From an uncultured SAR86 cluster bacterium (GTDB taxonomy: Bacteria > Pseudomonadota > Gammaproteobacteria > Magnimaribacterales > D2472), in assembly GCA_964276145.1 (NCBI GenBank), contig CAXYDN010000007.1, positions 167,122 to 231,121 of the forward strand: DNA of 64,000 bases, read 5' to 3'. Under the pieces are notes generated by a model that ran no database searches, had not been told where the DNA came from, and saw only the letters and a program-made list of their open reading frames with translations. This document shows positions 27,098 to 35,837 of this stretch, piece after piece. Numbering within the stretch: the stretch's first letter is position 1; every line of letters begins with the position of its first letter. A program made the position numbers and the translations under genes.

Positions 27098-27886
27098 GTG
27101 AAAAATAATAATTCTTTTAATATCAGCAAAAGATTGGTAGTCAAAATTGGCTCTTCCCTTCTTACAAATAAAAAAGGTGGAGTAAATAAATCTGTCTTAA
27201 AAAATGTCGTATCTGATATTGTTTGGCTGCTTAATAAAAACAAAGAGGTTATTATTGTTTCATCTGGAGCTATTGCACTTGGAAGAGGACAGTTAAACCT
27301 TAAAGATGATTTAACCCTTAATGAATCTCAAGCAGTTGCAGCTAGAGGCCAAATAGAGCTTATGACTGCTTGGAAGAATGAATTTAAAAAACATAAATTA
27401 CAAGTTGCTCAAATTTTATTATCACCATCTGATGCAGAAAACAAAAAATCATCTAAAAATGCTATAGCTACAATTGAAAATCTAATAAGTTTTAATTGTA
27501 TTCCCATAATTAATGAGAACGATACAACCTCAACTGATGAAATAAAGTTTGGAGATAATGATATTCTTGCATCTAAAATATCCAAACTCATTAAAGCAGA
27601 TCATCTAATCCTTTTATCTAATGTTGATGGTCTTTATAAAGAACCGCCAAAAAATAAAAAAAATGATGTACTTGTATCTGAGATTTTATTTATTAATAAA
27701 TCTATTAGAAATATGGCTGGAACCGCATCAAGACTTGGCAAAGGCGGAATGATTTCAAAAATTAAAGCTGCAGAGATATGTATGAAATCAAAATGTTCAG
27801 TTATTATCACTTCTGGATTAAAAAAGGACCCTATTAAAAGCCTTGCTAGAAAAACTACTAAATCAACAAGATTCATATCTAAATAA
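27098..27886 (+). CDS. proB: Glutamate 5-kinase (short form, no PUA domain)
   Basis: LVVKIGSSLLT N-terminus. 262 aa. GTG start. The stop overlaps the proA ATG (TAATG). Confidence 0.9.
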   Translation: MKNNNSFNISKRLVVKIGSSLLTNKKGGVNKSVLKNVVSDIVWLLNKNKEVIIVSSGAIALGRGQLNLKDDLTLNESQAVAARGQIELMTAWKNEFKKHKLQVAQILLSPSDAENKKSSKNAIATIENLISFNCIPIINENDTTSTDEIKFGDNDILASKISKLIKADHLILLSNVDGLYKEPPKNKKNDVLVSEILFINKSIRNMAGTASRLGKGGMISKIKAAEICMKSKCSVIITSGLKKDPIKSLARKTTKSTRFISK

Positions 27887-29148
27887 TGATTTCCTTTATA
27901 GATAAAATTAATCAGATAGGCCTTCAAGCTAAAGAAGCATCAAAAATCTTGGCTAAAATTCCAGCTAATAAAAAAAATGAAGCTCTATTGGCTATGGCTG
28001 ATCACATCCTAAATGACAAAGAGTTAATCTTAGAAGCAAATAAAATAGATATAGAACAAGCAAAAGCAAAGGGTTTATCAGAATCATTTGTCGATAGATT
28101 GGAACTTAATGAGGAAAGACTTGAATCAATTTCAGCAACTCTTAGAGAAATTGAAAACTTTAAAGACCCTATTGGAAGGGTTTTAGATTCTTGGACAAGG
28201 CCAAATGGATTGAATATATCAAGGGTATCTACTCCTCTTGGAACCATTGGAGTCATTTATGAAAGTAGGCCCAATGTTACAGCAGACGCAGGAGCGTTAT
28301 GTCTTAAATCAGGTAATGCCTCTATCTTGAGAGGAGGTTCTGATAGTATTAATTCTTGCATAGCAATTCATGACAGTATGATAAAAGGACTCAATGATGC
28401 TGGTATCACTGAGCACGCAATTCAAATTATTGAGGATACAAATAGAGAAGCTGTAAATATGATGTTACAGGGAATTAACAAATCTATTGATGTTATTGTT
28501 CCTAGAGGTGGTAAGAGCTTAGTTGCTCAGATTGAAAAAGAAGCCAAGGTTCCAGTATTTGCTCATCTAGAAGGTATTTGTCATATATATATTGATAAAG
28601 ATGCTGATCTAGAAAAAACTATAAATGTTTGTGTAAACGCAAAAATGAGAAGGCCAGGTATATGCGGTGCCGTAGAAACTATCTTAGTTCACTCAGAAAT
28701 TGCAATGACGTGTTTGCCAGACTTAATTAATGCATTATCAGCAAGAGCTTGTGAAATAAGGGGATGCAAAGAAACTCAACAATATTCTGAGAATGTTTTA
28801 GCTGCAAGTGATGAAGATTGGAGAACAGAATATTTATTACCAATTGTTAGTATTAAGATCGTTAAAGATTATGAAGAAGCTATTGAACATATAGAAACTT
28901 TCTCATCAGGCCATACCGAATCTATACTGACTGAAAATTTAAATACAGCAGCACAATTTCAAAAAGATTTAGATAGTGCCATTGTAATGCACAATGTCTC
29001 AACTCAGTTTGCAGATGGTGGTGAGTTTGGTCTGGGTGGTGAAATTGGAATTGCAACTGGAAAATTTCATGCAAGAGGCCCTGTTGGAGTTGATCAATTA
29101 ACTAGTTTTAAATATCTTGTAAATGGTAATGGTCATACAAGACCTTAA
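27886..29148 (+). CDS. proA: Gamma-glutamyl phosphate reductase
   Basis: Aldehyde dehydrogenase fold, SSGHTESILTEN, and synteny with proB. Confidence 0.95.
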   Translation: MISFIDKINQIGLQAKEASKILAKIPANKKNEALLAMADHILNDKELILEANKIDIEQAKAKGLSESFVDRLELNEERLESISATLREIENFKDPIGRVLDSWTRPNGLNISRVSTPLGTIGVIYESRPNVTADAGALCLKSGNASILRGGSDSINSCIAIHDSMIKGLNDAGITEHAIQIIEDTNREAVNMMLQGINKSIDVIVPRGGKSLVAQIEKEAKVPVFAHLEGICHIYIDKDADLEKTINVCVNAKMRRPGICGAVETILVHSEIAMTCLPDLINALSARACEIRGCKETQQYSENVLAASDEDWRTEYLLPIVSIKIVKDYEEAIEHIETFSSGHTESILTENLNTAAQFQKDLDSAIVMHNVSTQFADGGEFGLGGEIGIATGKFHARGPVGVDQLTSFKYLVNGNGHTRP

Positions 29149-29288
29149 CCATCCATAAATATAACTATCATAAATAATTCTCTTATTTGTAATAAAACTA
29201 CAAATATATAGTCTTAAATATCCTTTAGAATTAGCATAAAATAAAATCATTGACAATTTCAAGGTTAAAAAACATTATTCACTACATA

Positions 29289-29376
29289 AGTATTGCTTGT
29301 TCACAAAATAGTTTATTTATTCTCCCCTATTAGAATGACTAACTAACTCCTCTCCAAGAACTGAATAAGCAATACT
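29289..29376 (+). other. Long-range 15-bp inverted repeat in the 300-nt leader of the lipoprotein gene
   Basis: AGTATTGCTTGTTCA (29289..29303) pairs with TGAATAAGCAATACT (29362..29376) with one G-U. The stem encloses a 58-nt pyrimidine-rich segment. A TTGACA-17 nt-CATTAT candidate promoter lies just upstream, near 29259..29287. Confidence 0.4.
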
Positions 29377-29448
29377 ACCTTTTTACTGCTTTGACTTCTA
29401 AGTACGCCCAGTAAATAACTTTAACTTTTTATATGGTAGAGTGTTTAT

Positions 29449-31344
29449 ATGAGCAAAAATTATTTCTTAACCCCACTTTTTTTATCAACAATACTTGTAT
29501 CCTGCGGTGGCGGTGGTGGCGGTGGTGGCGGTGAATCAAATGGTTCTTCTGGTGGTGGATATGGTACACCTACCAATGCTGCTCCAACAATTAATAATAC
29601 AGATATGAATATTTCAGTGCAGGAGAATCAAACTTCGGCATTCACTGTAAATGCTTCAGATTCTAATGGAGATACCCTAGCGTATAGTTTGTCTGGAGAT
29701 GATTCATCTTTACTAAGTATTTCAACTGCAGGTTTAGTAACTTTTAATACCGCTCCAGATTATGAAGATCCTAGTGATGCAGATACTAACAACATCTACA
29801 AAATTACAGCTTCGGTTTCGGATGGTAGCTTAAATGCAACAAAAAATTTTGAAGTTACAGTGACTAACGATACAGCCGATGATGTTACAACAAGCAATTT
29901 TGATGGAGTCTTGATTAGAGATGGCTACATCCAATCTGCAACAGTTTGCATGCCAGTTACCGATGCAGATGGGGATGACACTTGTGAAGGCGCAACCTAT
30001 TTAACCACAACTAATGCTGATGGATCATTCTCATTAGACATAGATGATAATATTACCGCCACTATTAAATTATTAGCTGAGGATGGTTTTAATCCCATTA
30101 CTAATGATGAAGATTCATTCACTATGGGATTAATTGATCCCTCAGCTGAACAAAATCTTGTTATTTCACCATTGAGTACGATGCTTTATGTTGATGATAG
30201 ATTCTCTTATGAATCTATAAAAGAAAAGCTTGGCGTTGACTCAAACTTTATGATTCGCACTGTCGATCCGTATATGAGCGTTAGCAGCGCTGCATCAAAT
30301 AAAGCGGCCTTAGTAAATACTCAACTACTAATGATGTATGAAACACTTAGTGTTCTGCAAACTCAGTCAGGTGCTTCAAATTTAACAGCTGTTACCACAG
30401 TTAATAATGCTATTTTTGAACGTGATGCTGCAACTGAAACGTCTCTTGGCGATACGACCCTAGTAAGAGACGTTCTACTAAACCTTAATTTACCAAACTA
30501 TACAGTTACAAATGAACAACTAGAAAACTTGTCAGGGAGTTTTTCTTCATTTTTACAGAAGGTTTATGTAGATTCAAATAACGAGCAGGCATACTTCTCT
30601 ATGACAGCAAGAGATCATGTTGCTCCTCTTCTTAAAGGTATTTTAGATGACACAGCCGATAGCAGTGAAATTGATCAAATCATTTTTAATACCTTGCAAT
30701 GGATTTCAGATAAAAGTTCAAGAACAAATCTTACAGATGTTGAAGACTTTAGAACAACCTCCTATACCATTGGAAATAGTGGCTCTGCATACTATACAGT
30801 TGATGGAGTTAATGCTGATTCAACTGCCTTAATAATATATGCAAGAGTTGGAGATACCATAGTCTTTGAACCAACCACAAATAGTGTTTTTACTGCACAT
30901 CCATTTGAAATATCTACTGCTCAAAATGATACTGCTGGTAATAACAATATTGGTTCAAGCGAAGGATGGAGCCAGTCAAATAACACTCTTACAGTAACAG
31001 CAGATACCCCGACAATTCTATATCCTCATTGCGGTGTTCATTCTGGTATGTACACTAATGGAAAAATAGAAATCGTGACAACATTTGATCAATCGAAAAT
31101 AGATATTAATCAAGCTTCTAGTGCATTAGAGGTAAATGGAACTGTTTCTGTAGGTCCATATAAAGGTGCCTCAGGATTTACACATAAAGTCTATTTAAGA
31201 ACTGCTGATGCTGGAGATAGTCAACATGCACATGAGTTTAATGAATATCCAGGAATTACCTTTTATATGCCTCCTGCACAAGGCTACCATGGACAAAGTA
31301 CAAGTTCTGGAGAGCCTAGATTTAAAACTAAGTCGCATTATTAA
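29449..31344 (+). CDS. Surface lipoprotein with a cadherin-like repeat and a C-terminal cupredoxin (type-1 copper) domain
   Basis: The N-terminus is a lipobox plus poly-Gly (LVSCGGGGGGGGGESNGSSGGGYG). The cadherin-like block is ISVQENQTSAFTVNASDSNGDTLAYSLSGDDSSLLSIS..GLVTFNTAPDYE. The copper ligand pattern is AHPFEI ... YPHCGVHSGM (H...C-x2-H-x2-M). Confidence 0.7.
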   Translation: MSKNYFLTPLFLSTILVSCGGGGGGGGGESNGSSGGGYGTPTNAAPTINNTDMNISVQENQTSAFTVNASDSNGDTLAYSLSGDDSSLLSISTAGLVTFNTAPDYEDPSDADTNNIYKITASVSDGSLNATKNFEVTVTNDTADDVTTSNFDGVLIRDGYIQSATVCMPVTDADGDDTCEGATYLTTTNADGSFSLDIDDNITATIKLLAEDGFNPITNDEDSFTMGLIDPSAEQNLVISPLSTMLYVDDRFSYESIKEKLGVDSNFMIRTVDPYMSVSSAASNKAALVNTQLLMMYETLSVLQTQSGASNLTAVTTVNNAIFERDAATETSLGDTTLVRDVLLNLNLPNYTVTNEQLENLSGSFSSFLQKVYVDSNNEQAYFSMTARDHVAPLLKGILDDTADSSEIDQIIFNTLQWISDKSSRTNLTDVEDFRTTSYTIGNSGSAYYTVDGVNADSTALIIYARVGDTIVFEPTTNSVFTAHPFEISTAQNDTAGNNNIGSSEGWSQSNNTLTVTADTPTILYPHCGVHSGMYTNGKIEIVTTFDQSKIDINQASSALEVNGTVSVGPYKGASGFTHKVYLRTADAGDSQHAHEFNEYPGITFYMPPAQGYHGQSTSSGEPRFKTKSHY

Positions 31345-31446
31345 ATAGCTTTAATACTTGTATTAGGTCTATGAACCATAAACTATTAAGCTAATATAAT
31401 ATTACTTGTTTCTGATTAGGGTATGAGAGATACAAATAAGAACAAA

Positions 31447-31791
31447 CTAAGAAGGCTCGCTAGCGCTAAACCTTATTAAATTCTTAGCAAGTTTTTTTGC
31501 ATATCTTTTAAAAACTTTTAAGGCTTTATTTAAATCTTTCTGAATCTCCTCTTCAGCTAAAGAATAGCCATCCCAATACGAAATTCTATAACCATAATCT
31601 TTCTCGACAATTTCTATTGAAGCAGAATCTATATTTATAGCATCACTATGTCTAATGCTTACTGAATTATCTGCCAAATGAATATATGTATTGGGAATAT
31701 TTGAGAAAATAGATTTAAATAAATTTTCAATTCTAATGCTGCTATTTTTTATATTTGTGTTGATCATATGAATGATGTCTTCCAACTCCAA
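31447..31791 (-). CDS. Hypothetical protein
   Basis: 114-aa ORF overlapping the 3' end of the upstream gene. No family recognised, and the start is uncertain (alternative Met at 31767). Confidence 0.4.
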   Translation of the reverse strand: MELEDIIHMINTNIKNSSIRIENLFKSIFSNIPNTYIHLADNSVSIRHSDAINIDSASIEIVEKDYGYRISYWDGYSLAEEEIQKDLNKALKVFKRYAKKLAKNLIRFSASEPS

Positions 31792-31990
31792 ATTCTCTTA
31801 AGCCAATATGTTTTGTTTTTCTTCCCTTTGCTCTTTTTCGCCATAAAACATAACTATTTTTCTTCAAATTATCTCTCATTAAATCTTCAACTTGATTTTG
31901 ATTTAAGCCATAAGTAGCCTCTATGGCATCAAAGGGAGTTCTGTCTTCCCATGCCATTTCAATAATTCTAGATATGTCTTCTTGCTTCAA
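31742..31990 (-). CDS. DUF2805 / TIGR03643-family protein
   Basis: EDISRIIEMAWEDRTPFDAIEATYGL...LWRKRAKGRKTKH matches my recollection of this family. The TTG start overlaps the upstream stop (TTGA). Confidence 0.65.
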   Translation of the reverse strand: MKQEDISRIIEMAWEDRTPFDAIEATYGLNQNQVEDLMRDNLKKNSYVLWRKRAKGRKTKHIGLREFGVGRHHSYDQHKYKK

Positions 31991-32154
31991 GATTGTAACT
32001 TAGAGATCTGATTCTCAAGTTCTGAGATTCGTCTTTTGAGAGGCTCAAGCTCTTCTTTTTTAATAAAACCTGCTTCTTTCATAAATTTTTCAAGAGCTGG
32101 TTTCATCATTTTCTCCATATTTTTTGCGTCTTTCATCATGCTGAATGGGTTCAT
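31987..32154 (-). CDS. 55-aa coiled-coil protein, UbiK/YqiC-like (not in ORF track)
   Basis: MNPFSMMKDAKNMEKMMKPALEKFMKEAGFIKKEELEPLKRRISELENQISKLQS. AGGAGA lies upstream of ATG 32154. Confidence 0.5.
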   Translation of the reverse strand: MNPFSMMKDAKNMEKMMKPALEKFMKEAGFIKKEELEPLKRRISELENQISKLQS

Positions 32155-32177
32155 TTTTTCTCCTAAATATTCATGTA

Positions 32178-32930
32178 TTATATATAAACATCGAATCGTG
32201 TGGATTTACCTTTAATTTGATAATTAAATTTATTATCTAATAAGTCTGATTTGATAGGTCTTTTCAAGACTATTTTTTTGTAATTATTCTCTTTAAATTC
32301 AAAAAATATATTATCTCCACAATCTTCGATCATTTCAATTTGTAGAATGTCTTTTATGAGAGCAATATTTCCTGATCTTAGGATATTCTTCTTTGGTTCT
32401 GGATACATAGGATCTAAATAAATAACATCAACGTTTTTATAATCTTTATAGCATTCTGCAGAATTTCCATTTATTAATTTAAGATTTTCTATAAATGGTA
32501 ATTGATCTCTTGCTCTCTTAAGCGCGTCAGAAATTAGTAAAAAAAGAATCTTGCTTTGCTCGCATGCAATTACTCTATGACCTAAGGCTAAGAAAATAAG
32601 AGTATCAGAAAGCAGTCCAGCTGTTCCGTCAAAAATACTAAGTGGCCCATTATTTCTTCCAAGTGTTTTTTTAAGTAATTTTTCATGATCGGATCTTTTA
32701 AGCCTCCATCCCATAGAGCCTTTTAGAAAATCTACATGTAAAGATTTAGAATTATCAGAATTAAAAATGAAATTTAAGCCATTCTGTTTGAAAATAAAAA
32801 AAGGTTCATTGATAGGTATTTTAGTAACTACATTTAAATCAAAGCTTTCTTGAATATTATTGACCTTGTTTTCATTGCTTGAACAATCAAGGAAAATACT
32901 TAGGGTCATATTAAAAGCAATAGAATACAT
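32178..32930 (-). CDS. rsmJ: 16S rRNA (guanine1516-N2)-methyltransferase RsmJ-like
   Basis: FDGTAGLLSDTLIFLALGHRVIACE (compare the DATAGLGRD motif) and VIYLDPMYP. Confidence 0.8.
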   Translation of the reverse strand: MYSIAFNMTLSIFLDCSSNENKVNNIQESFDLNVVTKIPINEPFFIFKQNGLNFIFNSDNSKSLHVDFLKGSMGWRLKRSDHEKLLKKTLGRNNGPLSIFDGTAGLLSDTLIFLALGHRVIACEQSKILFLLISDALKRARDQLPFIENLKLINGNSAECYKDYKNVDVIYLDPMYPEPKKNILRSGNIALIKDILQIEMIEDCGDNIFFEFKENNYKKIVLKRPIKSDLLDNKFNYQIKGKSTRFDVYI

Positions 32931-33697
32931 CCCAAAATAATTCTATAGATGACAAATGGATACATACCAATTCTATCAACAAAAATAAGGAAATATTTTA
33001 TTGTTAAAAAAGCAACAACACATGAAGTAATCAAGCCAATAAACAAAGAAACAAAATTAAATGAATAACTTGATGTGCTTATCTCGATAAGCAAAAAAAC
33101 TAACGCCCCAAAAATTGTTGGGATACTTAATAAAAAGGCGAATTTAGAGGCATCTTTTAAACTTAAACCTATGAACAATGCTGCTGTCATTGCAGTTCCA
33201 GATCTTGAAGCTCCAGGTAAGAGTGCAAAAACCTGAAACAATCCAATAAACAAAGCTCCTATGATACTAAGCTCAACTAATGTTTTACTAACAGAGCTAT
33301 ACAGGTATGCAATAAATAAGAATCCTGCAAATATTAAGTTCATATAAGCAATACTGCTAATGTTAGTTCTATTGATATTGATTAAATCAGAGCCAAAGAA
33401 CCCAGCTAAAACAATAGGTATGGTTGCAATGATTAACAATAAAGCCAACCCTCTTTCCTCTGCAAGCGAACTATTGCTTTGAAATAAAGATTTTGTCATA
33501 GCCAAGATGTCGTCACGGAAGTAGTAAATAACAGCAAGCAAAGTTCCAACATGAACTGAAATATCAAAAGCTAGCCCAAGATCATTTGAGCCAAATACTA
33601 AGGATGGAAACAATAAATGTGCTGAGCTTGATATTGGTAAAAACTCAGTTAATCCTTGAATAATGCCTAGTATAAAACTTAAAAATAAATCACTCAT
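32906..33697 (-). CDS. uppP: Undecaprenyl-diphosphate phosphatase
   Basis: MSDLFLSFILGIIQGLTEFLPISSSAHL and PGASRSG motifs. ATG 33697 is preferred over the track start at 33754. Confidence 0.92.
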   Translation of the reverse strand: MSDLFLSFILGIIQGLTEFLPISSSAHLLFPSLVFGSNDLGLAFDISVHVGTLLAVIYYFRDDILAMTKSLFQSNSSLAEERGLALLLIIATIPIVLAGFFGSDLININRTNISSIAYMNLIFAGFLFIAYLYSSVSKTLVELSIIGALFIGLFQVFALLPGASRSGTAMTAALFIGLSLKDASKFAFLLSIPTIFGALVFLLIEISTSSYSFNFVSLFIGLITSCVVAFLTIKYFLIFVDRIGMYPFVIYRIILGCILLLLI

Positions 33698-34121
33698 GAA
33701 TCTTTTTATATTGAGTTTCTTCTGTGTATGTTGGATTTGCATCTTTAGGCTCAAAAAAATCAGCCTTCATGCCTGAATCTATAAATTTTTGATGAGCTTT
33801 TTTTGCAATTAAGTCAGATGAAATATCCTTTATATCCTCGACATCTACAATTATCAAAGGTTTATTAAGTGCTGAAGAAATGCCTTTCAAGAAAGATGCA
33901 ACACTTCTTGTAGCAGTATATGAACCCTCATCATTAGCATATGCAAAAATATCAATATCATCCATAGAAAAGAAAGAATCTAAGCCAATTGCCGATAACA
34001 TTTCTAACCAATTGGGTCGATCTTTCCTATCATGGTTAATTGAGTACTGAAGAACATCGTCTTTTAAGACAACGCATAATGAAGTTGTGTTACCAGAACT
34101 TTGAATAGCCAGAATATTCAT
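33690..34121 (-). CDS. TsaB (YeaZ)-like protein, short and divergent
   Basis: MNILAIQSSGNTTSLCVVL... and DEGSYTATRSVASFLKGISSALNKPLI resemble the TsaB N-terminal ASKHA subdomain. It is only 143 aa. Confidence 0.5.
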   Translation of the reverse strand: MNILAIQSSGNTTSLCVVLKDDVLQYSINHDRKDRPNWLEMLSAIGLDSFFSMDDIDIFAYANDEGSYTATRSVASFLKGISSALNKPLIIVDVEDIKDISSDLIAKKAHQKFIDSGMKADFFEPKDANPTYTEETQYKKIHE

Positions 34122-34126
34122 GAAAT

Positions 34127-34771
34127 TTAAATTTGACTAGATATCAATTCAAAAACTTCGTCTACAGTTTTGCTGCCATCAACCTTTATATATTTTAAAT
34201 TACTGGAGTTTGATTGATTAATATAAAATTCTGATAAAGGCTTTGTTTGATCATGATATACGCTCAATCTTTTGATAACTGTATCTGGTTTGTCATCTTC
34301 TCTTTGAATTAAAGGCTCTCCTGTTTCATCATCAATGCCTTCTACTTTTGGAGGATTGTATTCGATGTGATAATTCTTACCCGAGCCAGGATGCACTCTT
34401 CTCCCAGACATCCTATTAACAATTACCTCATCATCTACATGAATTTCAATTACATGAGTAAATTGTATTCCCATGCTTTGCAGTTCTGAGGCTTGGCCTA
34501 AAGTTCTTGGTACACCATCAAATAAAGAACCATTTATACAGTCTGGTTTTGTTAGCCTATCTTCAATTAATGAACCGATAATTTCATCAGAAACAAGTCC
34601 GCCTGTATCAAGAATATTTGATACTTTTTTGCCAAAATCGCTACCCGAAGCAACTGCTTCTCTTAGCATATCACCGGTGCTAATTTTTGGAATATTGCAA
34701 AGACTGCATATTAAATCTGCCTGTGTTCCCTTCCCAGCTCCTGGAGGACCTAATAAAATAATGTTTTTCAT
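34127..34771 (-). CDS. adk: Adenylate kinase
   Basis: ILLGPPGAGKGTQA P-loop. 214 aa. Confidence 0.96.
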   Translation of the reverse strand: MKNIILLGPPGAGKGTQADLICSLCNIPKISTGDMLREAVASGSDFGKKVSNILDTGGLVSDEIIGSLIEDRLTKPDCINGSLFDGVPRTLGQASELQSMGIQFTHVIEIHVDDEVIVNRMSGRRVHPGSGKNYHIEYNPPKVEGIDDETGEPLIQREDDKPDTVIKRLSVYHDQTKPLSEFYINQSNSSNLKYIKVDGSKTVDEVFELISSQI

Positions 34772-35145
34772 ATCTCTAATATAGCAAATGCTATTGCGTG
34801 CTCACTTTCGTCTGCAAGACTAACATGAGTTTTTGTTATACCCAAGTTTATAATAGTTTTTTTTACATCCCCTAACGGATTAAAGTATGGCTTACCTTTT
34901 TCGTCCCTTAGAATCTCAAGTTCTTTAAATAAAATTGGTTTTCTTATCCCGGTTCCAAAGGCTTTTGATAGAGCTTCCTTGCAAGCAAATTGTTTTGCTA
35001 GATAAGCAATGAATTTATTTACATCATAGGATGCGGATATCTTTAATTCATTAGCTGACAATATCTTTTCAGAGAATGATTTAAGTGAATCCATCTTCTT
35101 GATCCTTGATATATTTACAATATCTGTGCCAATGCCATAAATCAT
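34768..35145 (-). CDS. acpS: Holo-[acyl-carrier-protein] synthase
   Basis: MIYGIGTDIVNISRI. 125 aa. Confidence 0.92.
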   Translation of the reverse strand: MIYGIGTDIVNISRIKKMDSLKSFSEKILSANELKISASYDVNKFIAYLAKQFACKEALSKAFGTGIRKPILFKELEILRDEKGKPYFNPLGDVKKTIINLGITKTHVSLADESEHAIAFAILEI

Positions 35146-35837
35146 TACTGAATCCTCTTAAAAATATCTCTACTAGATAAATCTCTTCCATCAAGACAAA
35201 AATGAATAGCTTCTTGAGTAATGTGTTTTAAATGTTTTTTTGAAACCTTTGCTAAATCCCTAATTCTTATATTGATAATATCTTTTCCAGAAAAATTTGA
35301 ACTATCTGATTCTCTAAATCCTCTTTGAGGAATAAAAGAATAATTTTTATCAGGATCTATTTGCTCATTTTTATCGATATCACTTTCAAAATCCAACCCA
35401 TATCCAAGCATATCTAATAAATCTAATTCAAAATGCCTCAAAGTAAACTCAATATCATCTCCACTATGAATCTTGGTTAAAAAGTCTTCATATAGATTGA
35501 ATAGGTCTTCTTGGGATGCATCTTTTGGTAATAATCGTATAAGTAATTCATTGATGTACAAAAGGCTATAGCTAGTTTTTGATAGACTATTTGTAGATTG
35601 AGAAAAATCTCTATCAATATTGGTTAATGTTTTTAATTCAGATCTTCCTGAATAAGTAATTTTTAATTTTGTAAAAGGAGCAAGATAACCAAAGAATTTA
35701 GATTTAGGTTTTTTTGCGCCCTTTGCGATTAAAGACATTTTTCCATTAGTTCTTGTAAATACATCCACTATAAGACTGGTTTCACCATGGGCTCGTTGAT
35801 GAAGAAGAAAGCAATCATCCCATTCGTTATGTTTCAT
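35145..35837 (-). CDS. recO: DNA repair protein RecO
   Basis: CFLLHQRAHGETSLIVDVFTRTNGKMSLIAKGAKK matches the RecO N-terminal OB fold. It follows era. Alternative start at 35855. Confidence 0.88.
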   Translation of the reverse strand: MKHNEWDDCFLLHQRAHGETSLIVDVFTRTNGKMSLIAKGAKKPKSKFFGYLAPFTKLKITYSGRSELKTLTNIDRDFSQSTNSLSKTSYSLLYINELLIRLLPKDASQEDLFNLYEDFLTKIHSGDDIEFTLRHFELDLLDMLGYGLDFESDIDKNEQIDPDKNYSFIPQRGFRESDSSNFSGKDIINIRIRDLAKVSKKHLKHITQEAIHFCLDGRDLSSRDIFKRIQ

